Shown here: positions 47,869-58,780 of the stretch, one piece after another | Position numbering within the stretch: the stretch's first letter is position 1 | How the letters are laid out: each line of letters opens with the position of its first letter | Assembly (NCBI RefSeq): GCF_018350175.1 | Contig: NC_058369.1 | Coordinates: 3,970,001-4,034,000, forward strand | From: Felis catus | Taxonomy: Eukaryota | Length of the DNA stretch: 64,000 nucleotides | Direction of reading: 5' to 3' | The notes under the pieces: model-generated | The model's input: only the letters and a program-made list of their open reading frames with translations | Database searches by the model: none | What the model was told of the DNA's origin: nothing | Translations under genes and position numbers: made by a program

Positions 47869-48156
47869 ATAGGCGGGTAGATTTTCAAGTGTAGATTTCA
47901 GCTGCCTTTTTTCTTAACTTTCTTACTGAGGTGTAACCCCTCCATGCCACAAACACACACATCGTTAAGTGTACAGATCCATGCCTTTTTAAGCGGGGGA
48001 CCCGAGGCCAGCGCCTGGGTGGGGGAGGTGAGTTTTGCAAGTGCAAGGTCGACCCCTGTTACTATTTGGAATTATGACATTTTGTTCATCCTGGATTTTT
48101 TTTTTTTGCATTAATTTTTATTTTCAAAAATATCTGCAGTCTTAAAAAAAAAAGGA

Positions 48157-48365
48157 GGGGACGCCTGGGTAGTTCGGTTAAGCGTCTGACTTCCGCTCAG
48201 GGCATGATCTCGCGGTTTGTGAGTTCGAGCCCCGCGTCGGGCTCTGTGCTGACAGCCTGGGGCCTGGAGCCTGCTTCGGATTCTGTGTCTCCTATTCTCT
48301 CTGCCCTTACTCCGCTCACACGCTGCCTCTCTCTCTCTCCTCTAAATATAAATAACATTAAAAAA
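48157..48365 (+). mobile_element. Can-SINE
   Basis: Canonical body. Confidence 0.92.
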
Positions 48366-48519
48366 TTTTTTTAAAGATATTTGCAGTGAAATATTACTTA
48401 CCTTGACTGCTGAGTTCTATGGTGCTTCCTTGAATTTGGTCACTGAGAACCGTGCCTCCCCCCCCCACCCCCCTGCCCTGCCCCCCCCACCCCCCTGCCC
48501 TGCCCCCCCCCCACTCCCG

Positions 48520-48995
48520 CCAGGTAACTCTGGCTTCGTCATCACAGATTATTCTGGAAATGCATCTAAACAGAATCACACAGGGCACAGTCTTTGGAAC
48601 CCGGTTCCTTTCGCTCCATGTCATGCTCTGGAGGTGCCTGCAAAGTTGCCACACGTCTGAGTAGCTCATTCCCTTCCGGGGCTGTCACTGCAGTGTGTGG
48701 ACAGAGCTGGTGTGTTGATCTAGCCACCGGCTCCTGGGCATTTGGGTTGTTTCCTGTGTTTGGCTGTTCCGAATAAAGCTGCTACGAACATTGTCACACA
48801 CGTCTCCGTGGGGACATATGTTTTCATTTCTCTTGGGCAAACACGCAGGAGTAGGATGGCTGGGTCATATGGTAGGTGTGTGTTTAACTTTGGAAGAAAC
48901 TGCCACCCGGTCTTTCGAGCGGCTGTAGCATTTTGCCTTCCCACCGGCGGCCGGAGGGGGTGGGGGAGGGGGCACCTGCCAGCCTGGGTTTGGGG
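48520..48995 (-). mobile_element. Ancient L1M 3' remnant
   Basis: gcatttgggttgtttcc...aataaagctgctacgaacatt...gctgggtcatatggtagg...aagaaactgcca. Confidence 0.8.
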
Positions 48996-48998
48996 CAA

Positions 48999-49221
48999 TT
49001 TTTTTTTTTTTTTTTACTTTTTCTTAACGTTTATTTATTTATTTGGAGAGAGAGAGCGGGCGAGCGGGGGAAGAGCAGACAGAAGGGAGAGAATCCCAAG
49101 CCGGCTCCCTGCTGTTGGCACAGAGCCGGATGCAGGGCTCGAACTCACGAACCGCGAGATCGTGACCTGAGCGGGAATCAGGAGCCGGACGCTTAGCCGA
49201 CTGAGCCACCCCGGCGCCCCC
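48999..49221 (-). mobile_element. Can-SINE
   Basis: Reverse body. Confidence 0.92.
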
Positions 49222-49875
49222 AGGGGGGGCTTCATGCTTTTGAGCCTTTCCTGAGGGGTAATCTGACAGCTCCGTGAGTTTTGACAAATCTACACGCTGT
49301 GCGGATGGACAGCGTCTGAAGCGCCCCAGAAAGCTCCCTGAGACTTGTGTTTGTAATCTGCAAGGCGAGGGCCAGAGAAGAATAGAGACCTGGCTTCGTC
49401 TCTTGTTTTCCCATACTTCGTGCTTCGTTTATGAAGTTCCCTCCGCGTGTCTCCAAATGAACCTCTTTGCCCGGCTTTCTCAGAGAGTGGGGGGCGGGGG
49501 GGGGGCCCTAATGTGAATTCTCGTGAGTGGTCTCCAGTCTATTTAATGCTTACTTTTAAGATTTGACAAATAGTGAGTACTTCCTGTGGCCAGGTGATAG
49601 GGCGAGCACTTTATATACATTAAATATCAACGAAGTTATGCTTTACCATCCCCATTTCACAGACGGGAAGACTGAGGTACTCAAAGGCCATGTCTCCGGC
49701 CCTCGGCCCAAGTCCCAAAGCGGGCAGGGCTGGGATGTGAACCAGGCCCTGTGCTCCCCGTGCTCTGGACCTCTGCAGGCATCTCCTCCTGGCTCCCGGG
49801 CCCGTGACAGCACTCCATAGACATTGGCCACAATCCCTCACCCACCATCCCAACATCGAAAAAGCTCCAGAAATA

Positions 49876-50050
49876 GGACTGCCTGGGCGGCTCAGTTGGT
49901 TGAGTGTCGGAGTCCATCTCAGATCCCGTCTTGATCTCACAGCCGCGAGTTCAAGCCCTGCCCTGAGCTCCGTGCTGGGCATGGGGCCCACTTGAAAAAA
50001 CAATAGAATAAAATAAAATATAAGATAAAATAAAATAAAATAATAAAAAG
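49876..50050 (+). mobile_element. Short older Can-SINE
   Basis: gcctgggcggctcagttggttgag head and (TAAAA)n tail. Confidence 0.8.
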
Positions 50051-50118
50051 CCCTGACAATAGAGGTTTTTCATCAGCATGGCTTTAAAACTCATTGAACA
50101 TCAAGAGTTAATAGTCTT

Positions 50119-50325
50119 GGGGCCCCTGGGTGGCTCGGTCGGTGAAGCGGCCGACTTCGGCTCAGGTCATGATCTCGCGGTTTGTGAGTTCGAGCCCCGC
50201 GTCGGGCTCCGTGCTGACGGCTCAGAGCCTGGAGCCTGCTTCCGATTCTGTCTCCCTCTCTCTCTGCCCCTCCCCTGCTCAGGCTCTGTCTCTCTCTCTC
50301 TCTCAAATAAATAAACATTTTTTAA
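50119..50325 (+). mobile_element. SINEC_Fc
   Basis: Canonical body; TSD agttaatag(t/c)ctt. Confidence 0.94.
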
Positions 50326-50836
50326 AAAGTTAATAGCCTTAGCTACTAATCAGCTTTCCTTATCTCATTTATTGTGAATATTCCCATTATGTTGCCCCGT
50401 GTTTCACGGGGACGGCGAGTGGACCGCCCAGGCCCAACCGGGGGTCTTAGGGTCTCACACAAGATGTCTTAGGTGTCTCGTGTCACTGTCCTAAGATCTA
50501 GGACATTCTGAATTCCAAAACATATCCGGTCCCAAGGGTTTCCGATAAGCTCTATGATTAGTTACTATTAAATACTTGCATGCCGACCGTCCCAGGCAGT
50601 GGGGACACCGCAGGGACCAAAGCGGACCCCGCCCCCGCTGGGGTCACAGGCCAGTGGGGGAAGAAGGCAGACACCATAGCAGGCAGTTACGACATGGGTA
50701 ACTAGGTCCGCAGTGGAGGCAACACAGGCCTGGCAAGGGCTCCGGGGACTCGGGCCGAGGTATCGGGGAGGCTTCCTGGAGGAGGTGTTACCCGAGCAAA
50801 GACCTGAAGGTGAAGAAAGGGGTAGTGAAGGGGGGG

Positions 50837-51015
50837 GGGGCACCTGGGTGGTTAAGTATCCTAATTAGAATTCGGCTCAGGTCGTGATCTCACGTCCGGC
50901 GGACGGCACGGAGCCTGCTTGGGCTTCTCTCTCTCTGCCCCTCCCCTGCTCACTCTGTCTCTCTGTCTCTCTCTGTCTCTCTCTCTCTCTCTCAATCAAA
51001 ATAAACATGAAAAAA
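50837..51015 (+). mobile_element. Internally deleted Can-SINE
   Basis: ggggcacctgggtgg head, CT tract, A tail. Confidence 0.82.
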
Positions 51016-52019
51016 GAGGCAGGGGGTGGGGGGGACTGGTGAGGGACGTAGGACAGGGAATCCCAGCTATAGCCCGTATTTAAGGGCCTGAAAGCTGTCC
51101 TTTGGGATGCAAACTATCCCGGGAAAGGCAAGAGCACCGAGGCCCGAGGCCCGTGACTGCTTTTCAGGCACGCCCACGGGCTGCAGAATCCCGCGCCCCA
51201 GCTCTCTGGGCTCAGAGGAGGGTTTGGGGGGCCTTGCCTGGTGGCCAGACGCCTGCGGGGTCTCCTCGGGGCTCAGCTCTAAGCTGTTCGGACCTCATTA
51301 TGTTCCAAGAGGCGTGGGCAGTGTTCGCCCCATCCTCGATGCCAGGGAGACCCCCCGCCAGGGGAGGCTGGGGCTGGGGGCCTCACCCCATCCAACCACT
51401 CTCCCCTGGCCTTGCCGTGTGGCCTATCTGAGGCTGAAGACTTTTCTTTGGGGAAAAGCCTTCGCTCTGCAAATATGGCAACTCTGTGGATCATCTATTC
51501 ATTTCTTCTGCTTCCTGAGCTGGAGATCTGAATCCCCCCTTTTTTCCTTTTCTCTTACCCTCCCCCTCCTCCACACGTCAGCCAATCCTGTTGCCTCTGC
51601 CTGCAAAATTTATCCTAAATCTGCCTTCTTATCCGCCCCCCCTGCCTCCGTCCCCACCTGGTCCAGCCTCCATCGCGACTAGTCCTGCCTCAGGGCCTTT
51701 GCACTGGTCCTTCCCGCTCCCTGCGTATCCTTCCCCCTGCTCTCATATCTCCATTTATTTCCTTTGCTTTAAAAAATGTACGTCAAGGACGTCAGCTTCG
51801 AGACGGCAGTGACTTGGGTTTATCTCTGTGACCGTTGGGTCCCCAGCTACTAGCACAGTGCCTGGCACACAGCAAGGGTTCAGTAAAAATTCCTTCCGCG
51901 ACGGAAGGCATGAATTCACGGAAGCTCAGAACACAGCCTGGTTGTGTTCCCAAGTCCTGGATGGGAGCATTTAGCCGTGGACACAGATAGAGATATTAGG
52001 GGGGGAAAAGGCTCCAAAT

Positions 52020-52175
52020 TTTGGTTGCCTCCCTCTGCCTTTAATTATTTTGTCGACAAGGCTCACAATTCAGCAAGTCAAGGTGGCATTTGAGAGGGAC
52101 GGTTCCCTTTAGCGTAGCTGACAGCTAATTTGTGGGAAGTTTAATTACAGGCGGCGTTAATTAACTGACAGAATG
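52020..52175. promoter_or_regulatory. Candidate conserved non-coding element with homeobox/MEIS motifs
   Basis: TTTAATTA twice, GTTAATTAAC palindrome, CTAATT, two CTGACAG. Confidence 0.45.
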
Positions 52176-54429
52176 CTGGGCGAGGAAGGCAGCCATCTGT
52201 TCCTAAAAACGCCCTGTTCCTCCCCTCCTGGGCCCCGGCTGGGAGGCTGGGAGGGGTGGGCAGGGAAGAGGACAGGGCGTGGAGAAGAGGCGGGGACAGA
52301 GGAAGAGGAAGGAAGGAGGGCCAGGTGATGAATCACAGGCTTCTCACCCCTCTTCCAGATGCCGCTGGGGTGAGGTCTTGGCACTCCGCCTCCTCACGGC
52401 CTCCACCATTTCACAGTTGCCTCCGGGAGCCGCGGGGAGGGGGGCAGTAAGTTCCTTGGAATCTGCTTCTTGCTGGTCGCATCACGAGGAGCAGAGGGTG
52501 TGGAGTAGTGGAGGTGAAACAGCATGCGGTCCTCAGCTCAAACTGGAGCGGATGGGCACCCGCCAACGGAGGTCGGGAGGAGACGCTGGGCCAGAGGCCC
52601 CGGGGTGCAGGATGCCCTGAGAAACCTGGCCTGGGAGAAATGGGTCAGTCTGCCCCTCCTGCCACCGTTCACTCCTTCATTTCACCCGCTCTCCGCGAGG
52701 ATGGCAGAGAGGCGACGCACACGGCCTCCAAAGACGGGCTTCCGCGGTTCAAAACCAAACCCAGCTTTGTCCCTTCTGAGCCGTGTGCCCCGCGGCAAGT
52801 CGCTTAAGCCTCCCTGAGCCTCAGTTTCCCCATTTGGCCACACTCCACCCCCCCCCGACGCCCCGGACAACGCAGATGGAACGCTGTCCGCGCGAGCAGG
52901 AGGCGGCCTCTCCTGGTGCCTACTTAGAGCAGCAGCCAAGGCGGGGCCGATGGGGCTGGCGCAGGCTGGCCTTGCTAAGCTGGCGGTCCTTGGCAGTTCT
53001 CGGCCCCCCTGAAGGCGGCTGGAGAAGGGCCCAGGCCCGGCTGTTGGGGGAAGTGAAGAGGCTCGGACGAAGCCGAGGCCGCTTCTCAGAGGAGGCAGGT
53101 TCCGATTCGGGGCAGGGGCTCCATGTCCACTTATTAGGCACCTGCTGGATGCCAGACCAGGCCTCTGCCCCCGCCGTTCTGGCTGCCGGGGTCACTTGCC
53201 CTTCGCACGGCGCCGAGTCCTGCTTTCTGCTCTCAGTCTAGAAGACGCCACTGCCAGGAAGCCCCCCGCGTTCTCTGGGTTGGGCCGAGCACCTCCCTTT
53301 GGGCTAACGCAGCGCCCGAGTTTCCCCAGCACATGGCTGCTCACCCAGTATTACGGCTGGGCTGCGGGCGGGTCGCCTGGCCGACTGCCACACACAGATG
53401 GAACACGCGGGGCCGGGTACTGTGCTTAGCATCGTCCACACCCGGGGAGCCCCGCGGGGCCGTTGCTACCGCTGTCCCCACTTTACGGATGGGGAGACTG
53501 AGGCTCAGAGAGACTTCACAGTGGAGGCCAGTAGTGTAGCCTCTGCTTGTGGCCTTAGGGCCAGGAGCAGGGCGGGTGTGAGGTCCTTGTCACAAAGCTG
53601 TGGCTCCCCAGGGACCCCGTGCAAGGGCCTCAGCCCACCTCTGCGCACGCACGCGCACGCCACGGCCAACACCCTGTTTTTTGCCCTCTTCGATCCAGGA
53701 AGGGAGACCCTTTCCCTCAAACCGCCTCGGAGGCCCCCAGCTTCGTCGTGCAGGGCGGACAGCAAGGCACGAGTGGAAAACACTTAAGTGCCCGTCGCGC
53801 GGGAAACCTCTGACTCCGCTCACACACGTTCGCCTGTGGGGGCCAGACCGCCGGCTCCAGACCCCACCAACACTCCTACACCGCATGACCCCAAGCAAGC
53901 CACTCGGCCTCTCCGGGCCACGGCTGCCTCGTCTGCAAGATGGGGACCTAGCAGTGGCGCCCAGGATTTTCTCAGAGCTACTTAAAACCTGTCCAGCGGT
54001 CTTACTCAGCGCCTCAGAGTCAAAACCGAATTCTCTCCCCAAATTTACAAGATCCTGCGCAAGCCGCCCCCTCCCTCCCTCCCCTCCTCCCTGTCTCCCC
54101 CTCGCTCCCCCTGCTCCAGCCACACGGGCCTCCTTGCTACAGCTCCTCCAACACGCAGGGTCTGGCCCTGCCCCAGGGCCTTTGCATGGGCCGTGCCCTC
54201 CGCCTGGACTACTCTTCCTGCACACGCACCTCCTCCCCACCATTCGTGTCAGCAGCGTCAGATCGAATGGTCCCTCCCTGACCTTCCTGATCGTGCTTGG
54301 CACGGGGCCATACAACTGTCCCGCACTCATTGCCCCGAAGGCCCCTTAATATGGCCCAGCCCTTCTCAAGGGGTGTGGGAGCCCCTTATCTGCTTGCCAG
54401 AAAATTAAACCACATCTGAGCTGATCTCC

Positions 54430-55444
54430 GAATCCAGCTGCAAAGTCCCGGGAGACAGGGGACAGAGAAACATGCTAAATGGCACCCCAGGGACAGGCTT
54501 GGCGAAACCCCGGCTGGAGACGTCACCACATATGACCCATAGGGCTTCAACGAATACATCGCAAAGCAAAAGTAAGGGGGGGGGGTGAGAATGGGAGGAG
54601 CTGTCCGTTAAGACTTAGGACAGCACCGGGGCTCTGTTGGTGGAGCCGGGGACTCGATCTCGGGATTGTGAGTTCGAGCCCCACGTGGGGGGTAGAGACC
54701 GCTTAAAAATAAAATCTTCAAAAAAAAAAAAAAAGACCTAGGAGACCGCCGGCGACTCTAGATTTTACGTAGATCCTGAGCCAGACAGCCCAAAGAAACA
54801 CACACCACGGGGTCCGCATTTCCGTGTGTCTCCTGGATGGATGTCTGAGGCTGTTAGGGAATCATTATTTTGAACACGATACTGAAGTCCGCGGGGTTTA
54901 TTATTATTATTATTAGTTTAGAGGGAGAGTGTGCGCGAGCAGGAGACAGGGGCAGAGGGAGAGGGAGAGAGAGAGAACCTTAAGCCCAGAGCTGGACACG
55001 GGGCTCGAGCCCATGACCCTGGGATCAATCCAATCCCCACCCCCGCTGAGAGACGCTGCTTTCGAAACACCCCATGCTTCCAGATGAAACCCATCTGGCA
55101 TTGGCATCAAAATGACAAGGGAGGGGGTGAGTGGAAGGGCGCAGGAGTTGAGAGCGGCCCTAGATAGACACTGGCCAAATCTGAGTAATGGGTTTGTGGC
55201 AGGACGGTGGGGGGGGGGGGGGTCATTACTTCCATCCTCTCCACGTGGAGGCGTTTGACATTCTCCACCAAGAAATTTTGCAATGGTGGGGAAATTCGGA
55301 TAAAAGCTGGACGTGAGTTCACCATAACGTGCCCACGGTGCTTTCTCGGGCCACGTGAGAGGTGTGAGGGGTACGTGGGAACCCTCTGGAGTATCTCTGC
55401 CACTCTTCTGGAAACCTAAAATCAGTGCGAAGTAAAACATTTTG

Positions 55445-55445
<1 letters not shown>
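54430..55445 (+). mobile_element. Degraded L1M 3' remnant with SINE fragments (~54628-54735 +, ~54895-55030 -)
   Basis: ggggtacgtgggaaccctctggagtatctctgccactcttctggaaacctaaaatc L1MC/ME-type end; SINE pieces gtgagttcgagccccacgtgggggtagag. Confidence 0.6.
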
Positions 55446-55480
<35 letters not shown>

Positions 55481-55714
55481 TGTTGAAATGCGTAACGAAT
55501 AAGCCAACCGGGGGTCAGCAGCCCGCGTGCCCGGGATTGGACCGGAGGCGCGGGGTGTCCCAGGGCCACCTTCGGTGACCGCACGGCGACTCCCCCCACC
55601 CCGCCCCCAGGATCCAGCCTCAGGCTCCGCCGGGATCTGCCACACGGGCAGCAGGAGGGGCCTGAAGCCGGTGGTCTCACAGCAGCCAGGGCGAGAATCC
55701 GCTTTGAGACCCAC

Positions 55715-55720
55715 TTTATT
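55715..55720 (-). terminator. Polyadenylation signal AATAAA of ZNRF4
   Basis: tttatt on + strand about 75 nt past the stop codon. Confidence 0.8.
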
Positions 55721-55793
55721 CTCTCTAGACTAGAAACACTCCGCATTTCCACCCTCCCTGCCCCGATCTGGGTCGGCCAGGGGCCGCGGGGCC

Positions 55794-57155
55794 TCACGGC
55801 GGCTCTGGGGGCCTCTCCGGGGACGCAGTGGCCTCGGCGCGGCCGTGCGAGCCGGCTCGGGCCAGCAGCCGCAGCCTCCGGGAGCGCAGCCGGGCCTGGA
55901 CGGCCCAGAGCGGGGGCCGGTGGCCGGGCAGCGAGGGGTCCTCGTCGCCCAAGCTCTCGACGGTGGAGTCGGAGCCGTCCTCCGTGCCGGCCAGCGACTG
56001 CTGGCACACGGGGCAGGAGCGGCGGGCGGCCTGGGCGAACCAGGGGTCGATGCACTTGCAGTGATAGGTGTGGGAGCAGGGCAGGATCTTGAGCCGGTCG
56101 CCCTCCTCGTAGTCGTCCAGGCAGATGGCACACAGGTCGTTCCTCCGCGTGAAGGTGCGGACCCGGGCCTTCCGGCGGGCCTGCGTCTGGGCCGCCGGCC
56201 CCCGGGGCCCCAGGGACCCCAGCGAGGCCCACAGCCGTCGCAGGACGAAGACGGCGGACGCGAGCAGGGCCAGGGCGCGGCCCAGCACCCAGGACGCGGC
56301 CGGCACGGGGTGGCGGTCCGGCTTGGGGCACGGCGGGTAGTCGGGCAGCCGGAGGACGTGGCCCGCCCTGTCGCAGCGCACGATGAGCCGCAGGTCCCGC
56401 GAGGCGGCCTCGCCCACGAACACCGAGGGGATGGCGATCTGGCGTCGCGGCTCCTCGAACCCGGGCGCCGTGCGCACCAGCTCGTCGGAGCGCGCGTCGC
56501 GCACGACGGCCGCCTCGAAGCCGGCCCGCTGCGCGTGCAGCGCCTTGAGGTCGAACTTGCAGTCGTTTGGGCGGATCAGCACGATGGCGCCCAGCGAGCC
56601 GTTGCCCGGCCGCGGGCCCGCGATGGGGCGGCACGCGTCGGCCGGCTCGGCCTCCGTCAGGTAGCCCCGCACGCCCTCGGGGGCCCGGGGCACCCTGAAC
56701 AGGGCCGGCAGGTCCGCGAAGTCCAGGGTGCTGGCGTTGCCCTCCGGCACGGCCCGCACCACCGCCCCCGAGGGCGCCAGCAGGGCCAGCAGGATCAGGG
56801 CGACCGCCACCCCATGGCCGTCCCCCCTCCGCCTCCTCCGGCCGCTGTGCGCAGCTAGGTCCCGCCGGGGACCGCAGACGGGAGGCGTGCGGGCATCTCC
56901 GGGGCCTCCCAGGGCGCCCGTGGCCCGGGTGGAAGGGAGGCGAGCTCGGAGGGGGTGCTCAGAGGCGGGTGAGCGGGGCAGCCGGGCCCCGGGCGGCCCC
57001 AGGCAGAAACTGCTCCCGGTGGCACCCAGCGTGCATCGGGCGTGTCTGTGAAGGCCGGTCTCAGGAGCGGTCGACCCGCCCGGGAGGCCTTGCTGGAGGA
57101 TGGCACTGAGGCCAGGGGCCCCCAGGGTTCCAGGTGCCGCTGGCCTCTGTGACAT
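55794..57155 (-). CDS. ZNRF4: E3 ubiquitin-protein ligase ZNRF4 (RNF204/nixin/sperizin), intronless PA-TM-RING-H2; start codon uncertain
   Basis: Signal-like VAVALILLALLAPSGA, PA domain (DFADLPALF...IVLIRPNDCKFDLK...AGFEAAVV...IAIPSVFVGE), TM (WVLGRALALLASAVFVL), intact C3H2C3 RING CAIC...CSHTYHCKC...CPVC at 56004-56132, ZNRF4-type tail DEDPSLPGHRPP; single exon. The first ~113 aa from ATG 57155 are not supported by homology. Confidence 0.93.
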   Translation of the reverse strand: MSQRPAAPGTLGAPGLSAILQQGLPGGSTAPETGLHRHARCTLGATGSSFCLGPPGARLPRSPASEHPLRARLPSTRATGALGGPGDARTPPVCGPRRDLAAHSGRRRRRGDGHGVAVALILLALLAPSGAVVRAVPEGNASTLDFADLPALFRVPRAPEGVRGYLTEAEPADACRPIAGPRPGNGSLGAIVLIRPNDCKFDLKALHAQRAGFEAAVVRDARSDELVRTAPGFEEPRRQIAIPSVFVGEAASRDLRLIVRCDRAGHVLRLPDYPPCPKPDRHPVPAASWVLGRALALLASAVFVLRRLWASLGSLGPRGPAAQTQARRKARVRTFTRRNDLCAICLDDYEEGDRLKILPCSHTYHCKCIDPWFAQAARRSCPVCQQSLAGTEDGSDSTVESLGDEDPSLPGHRPPLWAVQARLRSRRLRLLARAGSHGRAEATASPERPPEPP

Positions 57156-57205
57156 CGTCCTGTTACATCCTGTCCCCAGGAGCCCCCGGTTGCCTAGGGC
57201 TGTGG
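57145..57205 (-). promoter_or_regulatory. Putative ZNRF4 proximal promoter (RFX-like and CRE-like motifs)
   Basis: GTTGCCTAGG at 57189-57198 (RFX half-site), TGACATC at 57150-57156, GATGTAAC on minus strand at ~57162-57169. Confidence 0.35.
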
Positions 57206-58399
57206 CCGGGACAGAACTCCTGGGTCTCAGAGCCGGTGGCCCGAGCAGCTTCAGAGGAAACCTGTGGGAGGTTCAGAGCATGCTCAGTTCCTGGAGCCCG
57301 TAAGGCTCAGCGGTGCCACAGAGCGGCCCCCGGTGGCCCGGACCCGGCACTCACACTCGTCCTCTACAGCATCATCTCCCCAGCCTCCCAGAGACCCACC
57401 CAGGAAGGTGCCCCCTTTTCAGATACCCAGAAGGACCCAGACTTGTTCACGACACCCTCCCCCCACGAGGTCAGTTCTTAAAACCCAAATTCCAAGCTTC
57501 CTCCCTCTCTCCCCCTCTACTCCCTCTGCTCCAGCCACAGGCACCCCCTCACTGTCGCCACAACACGCCAGGCCTGGTCCTGCCCCAGGGCCTTTGCACA
57601 GGCTGTGCTCTCTGCCTAGAGGGCCCTTTCTCCGGGGCTGGCTCTTTCTCAGGACTTAGGTCTGAGTTCATAGGTCTTTAGAGTTTAACTAGATTTGATT
57701 GAGGGGGTGGGGGAGAAGGGTGCCAGGGGCAAGGGGGGGCTGGCAGGAAGGGGGGGGTCCCTGACCCACTGCCTGGTACGCCTTCAGTCCTGCACCAGCT
57801 TTACTCTCCCACCTCGGTGCCTCTTCCCCAGCCTGGTCCCCAGCTGTGTCCCCATCCTCCGCCAGAGCCCTGGGTGACAGCCTCCCGGCCTCCCCACCCC
57901 TTCTCCCCCAAACCCCCCACCCCGAGTCTGCCTCCTCCTGGGCTAGGCTAGCCTGCTCAGGTCTGGATGGCCGGTTCTGCCGTTCACAAGCTGCATGGCA
58001 CCAGGTAAATCACTCGACCTCTCTGGGCCCCCGGTTCCAGGTCTGGAAACTGAGCACAATGATGAGGAACGTCCTGTAAGACGGACGGTGTGAGCGGTGA
58101 AGGAGACGAAGCTCAATCAGCGCTCGGCTCTGGGTCTCACGTCCTCCCTCTCCCGGACCTGACCTGCCTCTGCTTTGAAATCCTTCTAGTCAGGGATCTG
58201 TCTAAAATCCCAGCCTCTGGTCTCCCCGTGGCCCCCCAGTGCCCTCCAGATGAAGTCCAGGCTCCTCTGTGTGGCCCACAAGTCCCCCCACCCCACCCCT
58301 GCCGCCCCCCGGCCACTCACGGTGGTCAGGACCCTGCCAATCTCTTAAGCCCGATGCTTTTCAACGCTCCGACTGCATCGTGATTCCTTGACCTCCGGG

Positions 58400-58780
58400 G
58401 CCTTGCAAATGCTGCTTGTGGTGCCCGGAAGGGCATTCTGTCCCCTCATGGCACTTTGCCAGCCTGACTACTTGCTCTGTGGGATTTCTCGGCGGCCCCA
58501 TGCCTCCCAGGACGGCCCTCAGCCGGCAATGGAGGAGACAGGGACACACGGGCAGAAGGCCATGTGGCCACAGAAGCAGACACCGGAGTGACGTGGTGGC
58601 CACGGCAGAAGCCAGGTTGGGGGGGGGCAGGACAGGGGACAGAGTCTCCCTGTGAGCCCTGGGAAGGAGCCCGCCCTGCCGACACCGACGTGGGCTGAGG
58701 ACGGGTTTCTGCTGTTGGAGGACCTTCCCCCAGCCCCGCCCCAGGGGGTGGCACAGGTTACAGCGGCCCTAGGACAGGAA
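58400..58780 (+). mobile_element. MaLR LTR (MLT1C/D-like)
   Basis: gaaggccatgtggccacagaagcagac...gaagccagg...cctgccgacaccg...gttacagcggccctaggac. Confidence 0.7.

Noticed and set aside
51892..51908. Hairpin CCTTCCG-CGA-CGGAAGG
   Set aside because: 7-bp stem at an L2 3' end; too short to be significant
1..55000. TINCR/TUBL microprotein or PTPRS exons expected from recalled synteny
   Set aside because: No ubiquitin-like, Ig/FN3 or phosphatase peptide recognisable in the ORF track; small or non-coding exons cannot be excluded
54913..56634. 573-aa minus-strand ORF overlapping ZNRF4 in another frame
   Set aside because: Non-ATG start, low-complexity Arg/Gly/Pro/Ala, runs past the poly(A) signal into microsatellite, L1 and SINE sequence; expected shadow of a very GC-rich CDS
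55845..56858. 337-aa antisense ORF over ZNRF4
   Set aside because: Antisense shadow of high-GC3 codons; no domain features
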